The notes: generated by a model not told the origin, from the letters alone. Positions 17,517 through 26,007 are shown, numbered from the stretch's first letter. The stretch is 32,000 bases of DNA from Candidatus Saccharimonadota bacterium (GCF_003351905.1 NZ_CP022339.1:90001-122000); one strand, 5' to 3'. Made by a program: numbers and translations.

Positions 17517-18374
17517 ATGAACATGTTAAGGAGCTCTTTGTTGCTTTGTTTTTTTACACTGTTTTTCTTATCCGGATGTAGATGGCTACGCCGTGGTTCG
17601 AAATTCGAGCTATTAAAACTTGATAAAACAGAGACTGCACCAGTGTCATTAGAACCTGACAAAACAGAGCCCGCACCAGTGCCATTAAAACCTGAGCAAA
17701 CAAAGACCGCATCAGTACCATTAAAACCTGACAAAACAGAGGGCATTCCACGTGTAAATGCGCATCATCAACAACAAAAGCCAGTTGATCCAAAGCAGCC
17801 ATCTGATCATCCTTCTACCTATTTTCCTATGCATCAGGAAGCCGGTCCCAATAATATGCTACAGCAGAAGGTTGAGCAGATAATAAAGCAGAAGAAGCAT
17901 CAAGAGGAGTTGACCTATAAGCAAAAAGAGGAGTTGCTCAATCAAGCATATGAGCAGGCAAAGCAGGAGTTGGAGGAGAATAAAAAACAGATGCAAGGTA
18001 AGTTGGGGGAGCAGGAACAGGCGTATGAGAAGGTATGTAAGGAGGTAGACGACCTGACGGAGCAAGAGGAGAAAAAGAAGAAGGAATTGGATAAGTTGAA
18101 TAATATCAACAGGCAGAAGCAGTCGAAGAATATGAATAAGCGGAAGAAGAAGTTGCAGAAGAAGCAGAAAGATGAACAGCAGGAAAAGGTGGAGGAGCTG
18201 TCTACGGAAATAAAGAAGCTGCAGGGAGATAAAAAAGACAAAGAGCAGGAGTCGGGGAAGCTGCGTGATGAAATAAACAAGCTGAACGACCAGATGAAGG
18301 ATCTGGAACAAGAATTGAACAATCTGGACCAAGAGCGGGAGGAGATAAAGCAAATGATAGCGAATGAGGCATGA
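17517..18374 (+). CDS. Lipoprotein with a 12-aa tandem repeat region and a K/E/Q-rich coiled-coil tail
   Basis: Signal peptide plus lipobox: MNMLRSSLLLCFFTLFFLSGC. Repeats: LDKTETAPVSLE/PDKTEPAPVPLK/PEQTKTASVPLK/PDKTEG. The rest is highly charged and low-complexity (KKQMQGKLGEQEQAYEK...). Confidence 0.7.
   Translation: MNMLRSSLLLCFFTLFFLSGCRWLRRGSKFELLKLDKTETAPVSLEPDKTEPAPVPLKPEQTKTASVPLKPDKTEGIPRVNAHHQQQKPVDPKQPSDHPSTYFPMHQEAGPNNMLQQKVEQIIKQKKHQEELTYKQKEELLNQAYEQAKQELEENKKQMQGKLGEQEQAYEKVCKEVDDLTEQEEKKKKELDKLNNINRQKQSKNMNKRKKKLQKKQKDEQQEKVEELSTEIKKLQGDKKDKEQESGKLRDEINKLNDQMKDLEQELNNLDQEREEIKQMIANEA
17616..17744 (+). repeat. 36-bp tandem repeat, about 3.6 copies, in-frame inside the lipoprotein gene
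   Basis: Units: aaacttgataaaacagagactgcaccagtgtcatta / gaacctgacaaaacagagcccgcaccagtgccatta / aaacctgagcaaacaaagaccgcatcagtaccatta / aaacctgacaaaacagagggc. Confidence 0.85.
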
Positions 18375-18516
18375 CAGGGTCAGCTAGTAAAACATCATAA
18401 CCAGTAATTTGTTTGGTAGTCAGTAAAATATACTCTTTAAGTTGACGCTATTGGATGAGCGGAAATAGGGAGGAAGCTAAGTGAAGTGCGCAAAGAGCCG
18501 TTGTATCTATTCCAGG

Positions 18517-18764
18517 CACTGGTTTTTGTGTGCAAAGAAAAACACCCCTGTAAAAAGTTGCGGTATGGAAAGTGGCATTATACAGATGATTTGGAAAAAC
18601 AGTTTCCTTTGAAGCCCCAAATGGGGTGCTTTTTGTTTTTCCATCTATAGGATGTCACTTTCAGCGACTTTTTACCGAGGGCTTGATTTTTTGTCCACTT
18701 TTTTATCAAGAAAAAAGTGGACAAAAATCATTATTAACCAGTATCGTGAACGTATGACAGATAC
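18517..18764. repeat. Dispersed intergenic repeat, copy B (long form), with a perfect 14-bp palindrome ttgtccactttttt-atcaag-aaaaaagtggacaa
   Basis: Both ends match copy A (3813-3960). It carries about 95 extra internal bp (18557-18651) that are absent from copy A. Confidence 0.8.
18612..18640 (+). terminator. Candidate intrinsic terminator inside repeat copy B
   Basis: aagcccc-aaat-ggggtgctt forms a GC-rich 5-7 bp stem (one bulge or wobble), followed by ttttgttttt. It lies about 240 nt downstream of the lipoprotein stop. Confidence 0.4.
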
Positions 18765-18802
18765 AACAAACTAACCTACAATGATTGACCATTTAAAATT
18801 CC

Positions 18803-19255
18803 ATGGATACAACTGATAAAAAGCCTTTTTGGATGGATACACCGCTGGACAAAATGACACCTTCACAATGGGAGTCTTTATGTGATGGCTGTGGTAAGTG
18901 TTGCTTGCTTAAAATACAAGAAGCAGCAACCCAGAAACTGCATACCACAAAGATTTGTTGCCGGCTACTCAATACGCGCACCTGCCAGTGCTCCAACTAT
19001 AAAGAACGGTTTCGCTATGTAGATGATTGCATCAAACTAAATCCTACCAATGTGCAAACGATCACCTGGTTACCTAAAAGTTGCGCCTACCGGCTGGTTA
19101 AAGAAAAAAAAACATTGCCTGACTGGCATCCATTGATCACCAAAGATCCGCAATCTACGGTCAAAAGTGGCCATTCTGTTAAAGGCTTTGTTGTACACCC
19201 AGCATTGGTCAACAAACCCATTATAACCTATTTACTAGAAGAAACTACGCCCTAA
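18803..19255 (+). CDS. ycgN: YcgN-like UPF0260 family protein (Cys-rich, putative Fe-S/zinc binding)
   Basis: 150 aa. FWMDTPLDKMTPSQWESLCDGCGKCCL..CRLLNTRTCQCSNYKERF..DCIKL..WLPKSCAYRL..LPDWHPL is collinear with E. coli YcgN as I recall it (WESLCDGCGQCCL..CRQLN..TCQCRNYERRF..DCIKL..WLP.TCAYRL..LPAWHPL). Confidence 0.8.
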   Translation: MDTTDKKPFWMDTPLDKMTPSQWESLCDGCGKCCLLKIQEAATQKLHTTKICCRLLNTRTCQCSNYKERFRYVDDCIKLNPTNVQTITWLPKSCAYRLVKEKKTLPDWHPLITKDPQSTVKSGHSVKGFVVHPALVNKPIITYLLEETTP

Positions 19256-19296
19256 CCTTCTATGCAGCCAATATCCGTTTTGCCGCGTGTCATAAA

Positions 19297-21312
19297 TCAT
19301 TTTCCCTGTATATAACTTTCCTCAATGTTTTTCATTTTTTTTGGTAAGACAGTCATATTTATAGGTACCCGCTCACTCCATATAAGTTCATTTTTATATT
19401 GCATCCAATAACTAATATATACGTTGTCACACTTAACAGGCTCATCAGCCTTACGAGGATTAACTTTCTGGTATAGACGATGTAAATAATTCTCTAGATT
19501 CTCTTTTTCAACCTCCTCTTTAAAGATTAATACGACCTTCTCTTTATTTTTATTCTCGTTGATTAGATATAGATTCTTCTTACTATGCTCAGTTATATAC
19601 TTACTGATATCTTCCTTTATATTTGTATCGTCTATAAATACTATAAAACCTCGATGTCTGCGCGCATCTATATCAAACCCACTAGGTGTTATATGAACGG
19701 TAGGAAGTTTATAAAAAACATCATCTGGCTCAAAAAACCCAGTTTTGATGATCGTAACATGCGTTTTTGTATGGTCTAATGTTATCTTTGGCTTATCCGG
19801 CTTTGCTGCTTCCTTTAATTCCGGTTTTGGTGGCTTCGTTTCGTTTACTTCATCTACTTCTATACTTAATGGTTCTCTTTGTCTGTAAAACTTAAGCTTA
19901 TGATCTATAAATAGACAAACCATATATTCGTAATCTGTTCCATGACTAAAAAAGTCGATGCAAGATGAATCAAGTGGTTTCCGTACATCTGTTACAAGAC
20001 AGATGGTGCCATCATCTGTCACACTCGTATTGCTATGGGATCTAGGTGATGCTTCAAATAAAGTTTCCAGCTTATCGGTCCTCCAAATCGTATCTTTTGG
20101 TAAAAAGAATAAAGCTACTTCTGCGTTTGGAGGTAGTGGGGTGACTTGATCATTAACGGTATACTCAATGGTACAATCAGATAATTTTACAGCTCGAACC
20201 TGGCCTGATGCTTGTTCACGGTAAAGCTTTAAATCCAATACTTTTAAACTATGACTATTACCCGTAAAGGTAATAGAAGGCGGGACACTTTCTTGAACCA
20301 ATGGGCTTTCTGTAACATTAGATAGGATATCTCCCATTTGACTCAAATAATAGTGCGGACCTTGAATCAAATAACAAAGTATCTTAAACTTACCCCCTTG
20401 AATAGGGGATTGGCTGTTGCACAATGTACCTATTATCGGAGGATCCATTCTCCTTAACCTACCTGGAATAACAATCATCTCATCATTAAATGATGTAACT
20501 TGAGTAGGCCATTCATCTCCAGAAGTTATGATTTGCTGCACCAAATGATAAGGGTTGATCCCTTCTTTAACTAATAGGAAACCTACTTTTTCATCTTTTG
20601 GGTAAAAATTAGTCAGCCCACCTTTTAAGAACCAACCTGTACCATTTTTTCCCTGGTTTTCAATAGCATCCATAGCTTCCAGTCTGATACCTCGATAATT
20701 TGGCAACGATGGATGCGTTTCTGTGCGATCCATTTGGAAGGGAGTAGTAGAAACTACATAATCTTGGGCAGATGCACCACTTGGTGCATATATCATATGC
20801 ATGGTATATTTTTTTGAGGTTAATTTTTTATAGGTTTCCTCCTCTGCTTGAATCGTCCATTCTATTGGACCCGCACCAACTTTATTGATTTTATTCCAAT
20901 AGATAAAACGATCTTTATCTAGCCATATAAACTTTTCAACCTCATTTTTAACATCCATAGCACTTTTTACTAAGGATAATAGTTCCGTATCGAAGGTAGC
21001 AGGTTCATGGCATGTAGCACCATCTAGACACCCTATAAAGGCTACCTGACCTTTTGATGCAGGCGCTACATTAGAGATATGCCCCTTAAACCGGAAGAAC
21101 CAATCTGTTTTAGCTCCCCCCATACAACTGAGACTGCCTAGTGGCCTACAAAAAGAGCAAGCAACCACTGGCTTATTAGGAAGCGCCGAATCTTGACTAT
21201 CTACAATAGATGCAATAGGAGCCTGCGTACACCGGGGACATCCTCCTCCCCATAGGCTATAAATAAATGATAATGATAAATAACGTAAGTGTTTATGCAA
21301 CATGTTGATCAT
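19297..21312 (-). CDS. Hypothetical 671-aa protein; the Cys-rich N-terminal roughly 100 aa may be PAAR-like (DUF4280-like); C-terminal domains unknown
   Basis: Long uninterrupted ORF, co-oriented with and 110 bp downstream of the 1496-aa ORF. N-terminus: SLWGGGCPRCTQAPIASIV..VVACSFCRPLGSLSCMGGAKTDWFF..VAFIGCLDGATC. K/P-rich linker: ETKPPKPELKEAAKPDKPK. No Walker or other catalytic motif seen. Confidence 0.6.
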   Translation of the reverse strand: MINMLHKHLRYLSLSFIYSLWGGGCPRCTQAPIASIVDSQDSALPNKPVVACSFCRPLGSLSCMGGAKTDWFFRFKGHISNVAPASKGQVAFIGCLDGATCHEPATFDTELLSLVKSAMDVKNEVEKFIWLDKDRFIYWNKINKVGAGPIEWTIQAEEETYKKLTSKKYTMHMIYAPSGASAQDYVVSTTPFQMDRTETHPSLPNYRGIRLEAMDAIENQGKNGTGWFLKGGLTNFYPKDEKVGFLLVKEGINPYHLVQQIITSGDEWPTQVTSFNDEMIVIPGRLRRMDPPIIGTLCNSQSPIQGGKFKILCYLIQGPHYYLSQMGDILSNVTESPLVQESVPPSITFTGNSHSLKVLDLKLYREQASGQVRAVKLSDCTIEYTVNDQVTPLPPNAEVALFFLPKDTIWRTDKLETLFEASPRSHSNTSVTDDGTICLVTDVRKPLDSSCIDFFSHGTDYEYMVCLFIDHKLKFYRQREPLSIEVDEVNETKPPKPELKEAAKPDKPKITLDHTKTHVTIIKTGFFEPDDVFYKLPTVHITPSGFDIDARRHRGFIVFIDDTNIKEDISKYITEHSKKNLYLINENKNKEKVVLIFKEEVEKENLENYLHRLYQKVNPRKADEPVKCDNVYISYWMQYKNELIWSERVPINMTVLPKKMKNIEESYIQGK

Positions 21313-21422
21313 GAATGAAATAAATTAACCTTTGCCTAAAGGTAGTACGTAGGATAGATGATACTACAAATAGTAGACATTATGAATAACATATCATTAT
21401 AGAATTATTATATGGCTTGGTA

Positions 21423-24400
21423 CTACTCAGGTATCCAAAATAAAATAATTTCTTCTTGCATCCAAGGTAATTTAAGCTTATTCATAGACCAAGGAGGCAG
21501 TAAATCACCTGTATCGTGGTCCTGATGCATCATCGTTAAATGCCAAAATTTTTTCTCTGTAGTGTCATCAGCTTGGTGGCTGGTTAAAATACCTAATCTA
21601 TTTAAGAAATAGTCTTTTACTATCCTTTCCAGGGTAGCGTTTTGAAATGCATCGGTTTCTTGCAGTTTTGTTATGCTTTTCCAACGCTTTAGGACTTTTT
21701 CCATAAGCAGTTGGCTATTGGCTGATAGGATTGCCATTGTGTTACTAGATGTGGATGTTTCTGTTTCTATTTCTATTTTTGATGTAGTCCCGTCTTGGGA
21801 CGCTTGGAGCTGTTGGTCTGACGTAGTGCCCTTTTCTTCTACTTGATCATATATATCCTCCGTTTCATCTATAGGCTTATAGGGTAGCAATACTGCATCA
21901 TAAGATAATCCACAAAGTAGTTTAGGAAGGGTAAGCTGCCATTCGGGACTCTTTAGCTTACCTGTAACCAAATATTGTAAGAGATAGACTGCATTATGGG
22001 CTGCTTGGTCACAGAAAAATTGGTCGTCAACCATAAGATTGTTTAACTTGAAAAAATCATACAAAAAGGGCCATAGAAATACCAAGCCTGTATTTTTTGT
22101 ATATACCTGAACCGATGCTTCTGGTAGACGAACTTTTTGAGGTGATGTTTTTAGTGGCGCTTTTTCTAATGACTGATGGACTAAAGCTGACTGGGATGGG
22201 TGCATGTGCTTAATTAATGGCTTAAGTAAGGTGATCAGCTGATCTGCTTCCTGGTTCGTAGCCTTTGTATCGACAATTGAGGTAATGATTTTGTAAATAG
22301 TTCCTTGAGTATAGCAAGTGGTCAGTAAGGTACTGTGTACAAACTCTTGGGCTGCAAATGACTTTTTTGAAATTAAATAATGCATAATAGAAATGCAGAG
22401 TTCCTTTTTCCATGTGGATGGATGATGGAAGGGTATAGTTGTATCTAGCAATGGATGGTTTAAAAGAGTTAGGTAGTGCATGACAAATGGAGCGTTGTCT
22501 TTTGCTAAACAGGTTATAATTTTTGTAGTCACTTCTTCGCTAAAATAGTGGACTATGCGCCTGGCTGTTACTTGATGATTGTCCTGATCTGCTAGAAGTT
22601 TTGGTAATTCAAGTGGTTGGTCTTCCATAAATTGAATCAACTCATCGCCTAATCGCTCTATTGTTAGATGATACTGCTGGGCAAAAAGAGATAAGTTGCC
22701 ATTAAGCAGTAGATAAAGCTTGATTAAGATAGGTGCGTGGTATCCACGCTGCCTAGCTTGTTGTTGGAATACTTGACTATATTTTTCTTGTAGCCTGTTC
22801 AATGAAGCAGTTAACGTTTCTGGTATCTCCTTGGTATCAAGTAGTTGAAAAGTTGTTAGTAGGGTAGTTGGTGTAACTTCCAGTACGTTACTCAATTCAG
22901 TAGTAAGGTCCGCAAGCCAATCATCTGGTGCAATAGATGTCTGAGGTAGTGTTTTTAATACACCATCCCAAAATAAATTTTTAGTCATATTTTGCTCGCC
23001 TAGTGCACCTTGTGTGTCACACCACCATTGATAGCTCCCTTGTATGAAGGTTGTTAACGTTTTACCTATTGCACTATGTCTTTGAATCAATTGCATCAGT
23101 TGCGTATGGGTAAAATTTGCGATAAGGCGTTGCCGCACATGTGCTTTATCTTGGGCTAAAGAAAAAGTAGAAAGGTGTGTGAGCACATCACTTAACAAGG
23201 CTGTTGCATCTGTATAATTTCCAAGCTTACCCGTATGCAAAAAGAGGTGCCATCTTTCTATAATCCTCTTTTTTTTGCCTAGTATCACATCGGCAATCTG
23301 TTTGTAGAGCGTGATGCGCATCGTTTCCTGTAATGGTAGGTTGGGTAAGTGTTGTGCAACCAATTGGTCGATGATGGAGGGAGATAGCTCAACAGATTGG
23401 CGTACCATCTCTTTAATAGCTGGTAGTAGCCTACTATAGTAAAGTGGTACAAGAGCTTGGTCTAATGTTTCATGTGTAGATAGAAACATTAGATCCACTT
23501 CATCTATTTTAGTTAGTTTTAATGGCGTTAACTTCTCTTTGAGGAAAGAAAAAATCTCTACCAGCTGGTAATCGGTTTCCTCTCTGGCTGCATCAATTAA
23601 CGCATCACATAAACGGGTTGGGGGAGATGCAGTTTGTGCGCTCAGATGGAATACGATACGCTCTATATATTGTTTTTCTGGTGGAGTTTCTCTAATTGCG
23701 GCAGCAATAAAAATTTCTTTAATGGAACGGATATGGCCCTGTTGCTGGGTGCGCTGCAACACTTGCATCATGACCCTTTCTAGGCGATCCAGCATCTGAT
23801 GGGAACAAGGGACAAAGGCCTGCAATAGTTTGGCTACAGTGATCTCTGTAGCATGTTGCATGAGCTTTTTTAAAATGGTTGCTTCTTGGCACCAAGGTGC
23901 TAATTGATCTCTTATCTGTTTGGGTGTGGCACGCTCCAAACACTTAGCTATGAAGTAGGCTGGCACCAACTGATCATTTGGCAATACATTATCAACAAGA
24001 AAATCCACTACATCTGCCAATGGATGGTTATGGGTACCATCTAAACGAGTGGTGTGCTGCTTGGTTTGCGATGCGTCAACCGGTTTTGATGTGCTATAGG
24101 TTTGTACTATATAGCTCTCTTGGTCTACTTTAGGTGACACACGCGCCAAACATGCTGCTAGATCTGGATAGGCTTTCTGTTCTGCTATATCAGATAGTCG
24201 GTCACATAATGCGTCAGCAGATAAGGAGGTATAAGGCGCTAGATAACCTATCACACGTCCTATATATTGCCTAGTAGATGGCGCATCCACGGCTGCTGTA
24301 ATAAACATATTTTTGAGATGGTCTATGTTTGCTTGGCATTCAGTAGATTCAAGGAATGCAATCAGAACGGTTTCGAGTTTAGGTAGCCACTCCATTGAAA

Positions 24401-25913
24401 GAGGAATGGATGCTGGCAAGCTGTGCTGTATGATAGGCGGCTGCATAGCCGCTTTGTTATTTGCATCAGGCATAACAGGCCAAAGGCACGTGGTCTCCTT
24501 GGGCATCTCTGATGATAAGGTCGATATGGATACCAGTGGGGCTATTATAGCTTTTATAGCTGGGTTATAGGTTTGAGTAGTTAGCAATTTGGCGCATTGT
24601 TGCGGGCTGATTACACCATTGGCCATATGTGTTCTAAACAACGCGTGCATCTCTTCAAGATAAAATGTTTTAGAATGTTCAAAGGCACAATAGGCTAAAG
24701 TCATAGCTTTAATCGCACAAGCAGGTGTGGTGGCAGCAGTAGTAGCCGTTGCGATTTGCATACAATCAGAAAATATACCTACAATAGAAGGATCTATAGA
24801 GGCTAAGCAGGCAACAAAGAGCCTATCAGGTAAGTTTTGAACCAACTTTTCCCTATTTTTTGCTTCCTGCAGCCAGCTTTTTACTAGAGGTCGTATACCT
24901 GTTCGGTCCATTGCCCGTTTCATACTACCTATAGCGGCTGATAGTTGATGGGGCGCCATGCCATTATTGGCTATTTTGTCCAATTCTTTTACTATTTGTT
25001 CCTTATTTTTGATACTTTCATACCCGAATTTTAGTGGCGTTATCGCTAGGTCACGCAACTGAAGCACCAATGCTTTCGTAGTGGAGTCAAATGAGGGTTT
25101 TTTTTCATTTTGTGCGTAATAAATCTGTAATGCTTCTAGCATTTTTTCGTAGCTGGTAGAGGTTTGTAGGGCGACTTGCTTGAGGAGCATGCGCAAAAAA
25201 CCCATTCGGTCTACTTTGCCTCTTGGTTGGTTGATGATACTCAATAGAGTCGTTGCAAACAATTGCTTCGTATCTAACAAGTTGGTTGCAACCCTCTTTT
25301 GTTGTAACAATATTCCTATTTCAGTTAGGATAGGCTTAAAGTAAGCTATAGGTTGTTTCAATAAGCAGGAAAGAGTTCGCTCTACAGTAGACCGAGCAAA
25401 AAATGTCATACAACGTTGGACAGCTTTTTCCTTTTTATGCAGATCATACCAAAGCTGTTCTATAAGCAGAGGCGTGTAGTGCAGCAATTCTAGATATATT
25501 TTTTCAATTTGTTTTTCAGAACGTTCGATCATCCACCACGCCAAATGACCTTCTGATAAATAGTGTGCTATGGCTTGCCGTTTTGCCTCTGGTAGTGGGA
25601 TTACTGCAGTAGGGTTATGGATGACCTTACGCATCTGTTCTTGTAATTTAAGCATTAACACCTGTTCTACCTGACAAGGGAGTTGTTTGTCAAGGGTAGA
25701 TAGATATACGTCACCTCCATCTATAACCAGCTTGTCTAAATGGATGACTACATCACTAGGCACATATTGAGCAAAGAGTTTGGATAAAATGGGTATAATT
25801 CGTTTTTGGACAGCTTGCTGAACGGTGTGATAGAGCATGCTATTTTGACTATGCTGATCAATAGTTACTTCAATCCGACTACGTAGAATGACATGATGAT
25901 TTTTTGTAGGCAT
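21423..25913 (-). CDS. Giant helical protein resembling contractile-injection-system tape measure proteins (Afp14/Pvc14-like)
   Basis: 1496-aa ORF. N-terminus: HHVILRSRIEVTIDQ..IIPILSKLFAQYVPSDVVIHLDKLVIDGGDV. C-terminus: RLGILT..WHLTMM..DLLPPWSMNKLKLPWMQEEIILFW. Both match my recollection of the conserved termini of this family. Internal repeated helical modules are present. Family assignment is from memory and was not computed. Confidence 0.55.
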   Translation of the reverse strand: MPTKNHHVILRSRIEVTIDQHSQNSMLYHTVQQAVQKRIIPILSKLFAQYVPSDVVIHLDKLVIDGGDVYLSTLDKQLPCQVEQVLMLKLQEQMRKVIHNPTAVIPLPEAKRQAIAHYLSEGHLAWWMIERSEKQIEKIYLELLHYTPLLIEQLWYDLHKKEKAVQRCMTFFARSTVERTLSCLLKQPIAYFKPILTEIGILLQQKRVATNLLDTKQLFATTLLSIINQPRGKVDRMGFLRMLLKQVALQTSTSYEKMLEALQIYYAQNEKKPSFDSTTKALVLQLRDLAITPLKFGYESIKNKEQIVKELDKIANNGMAPHQLSAAIGSMKRAMDRTGIRPLVKSWLQEAKNREKLVQNLPDRLFVACLASIDPSIVGIFSDCMQIATATTAATTPACAIKAMTLAYCAFEHSKTFYLEEMHALFRTHMANGVISPQQCAKLLTTQTYNPAIKAIIAPLVSISTLSSEMPKETTCLWPVMPDANNKAAMQPPIIQHSLPASIPLSMEWLPKLETVLIAFLESTECQANIDHLKNMFITAAVDAPSTRQYIGRVIGYLAPYTSLSADALCDRLSDIAEQKAYPDLAACLARVSPKVDQESYIVQTYSTSKPVDASQTKQHTTRLDGTHNHPLADVVDFLVDNVLPNDQLVPAYFIAKCLERATPKQIRDQLAPWCQEATILKKLMQHATEITVAKLLQAFVPCSHQMLDRLERVMMQVLQRTQQQGHIRSIKEIFIAAAIRETPPEKQYIERIVFHLSAQTASPPTRLCDALIDAAREETDYQLVEIFSFLKEKLTPLKLTKIDEVDLMFLSTHETLDQALVPLYYSRLLPAIKEMVRQSVELSPSIIDQLVAQHLPNLPLQETMRITLYKQIADVILGKKKRIIERWHLFLHTGKLGNYTDATALLSDVLTHLSTFSLAQDKAHVRQRLIANFTHTQLMQLIQRHSAIGKTLTTFIQGSYQWWCDTQGALGEQNMTKNLFWDGVLKTLPQTSIAPDDWLADLTTELSNVLEVTPTTLLTTFQLLDTKEIPETLTASLNRLQEKYSQVFQQQARQRGYHAPILIKLYLLLNGNLSLFAQQYHLTIERLGDELIQFMEDQPLELPKLLADQDNHQVTARRIVHYFSEEVTTKIITCLAKDNAPFVMHYLTLLNHPLLDTTIPFHHPSTWKKELCISIMHYLISKKSFAAQEFVHSTLLTTCYTQGTIYKIITSIVDTKATNQEADQLITLLKPLIKHMHPSQSALVHQSLEKAPLKTSPQKVRLPEASVQVYTKNTGLVFLWPFLYDFFKLNNLMVDDQFFCDQAAHNAVYLLQYLVTGKLKSPEWQLTLPKLLCGLSYDAVLLPYKPIDETEDIYDQVEEKGTTSDQQLQASQDGTTSKIEIETETSTSSNTMAILSANSQLLMEKVLKRWKSITKLQETDAFQNATLERIVKDYFLNRLGILTSHQADDTTEKKFWHLTMMHQDHDTGDLLPPWSMNKLKLPWMQEEIILFWIPE

Positions 25914-25974
25914 AATTGGTTCTATTAGATAAGTAGACCACTACCTTGATGTAAGGGAGTTTCCATCAGTTTTC

Positions 25975-26007
25975 TCTGGCTTTTTACCAAAAATTTAAAA
26001 AGCCAGA
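25975..26007. repeat. 12-bp perfect inverted repeat (tctggcttttta-N9-taaaaagccaga) between the mpg stop and the start of the 1496-aa ORF
   Basis: The arms at 25975-25986 and 25996-26007 are exact reverse complements. It could be the mpg transcript terminator or an operator for the downstream giant gene. No clean T-run follows on either strand. Confidence 0.5.

Noticed and set aside
17590-17612. tRNA T-loop-like string gtggttcgaaattcgagc
   Set aside because: It lies inside the lipoprotein CDS. I could not fold an acceptor, D or anticodon arm from the flanking sequence. No tRNA or rRNA genes were found in the window.
17616-17744. A possible CRISPR-like array (36-bp repeats)
   Set aside because: The repeats are directly adjacent with no spacers, are imperfect, and are in-frame coding for a 12-aa peptide repeat.
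17859-18353. Long antisense ORFs (164 aa and 126 aa, L/F/S-rich), plus 17459-17746 and 17554-17802 on the minus strand
   Set aside because: They are mirror images of the low-complexity K/E/Q-rich and repeat regions of the plus-strand lipoprotein gene. AAG/GAG/CAG-rich coding sequence gives stop-free CTT/CTC/CTG antisense frames. They have no independent coding signal.
22222-24570. Small ORFs nested in the 1496-aa gene (22222-22413, 23719-23943, 24313-24570)
   Set aside because: They are nested alternative-frame or antisense ORFs with no motifs. The long frame is uninterrupted for 4.5 kb, which is very unlikely by chance at this base composition.
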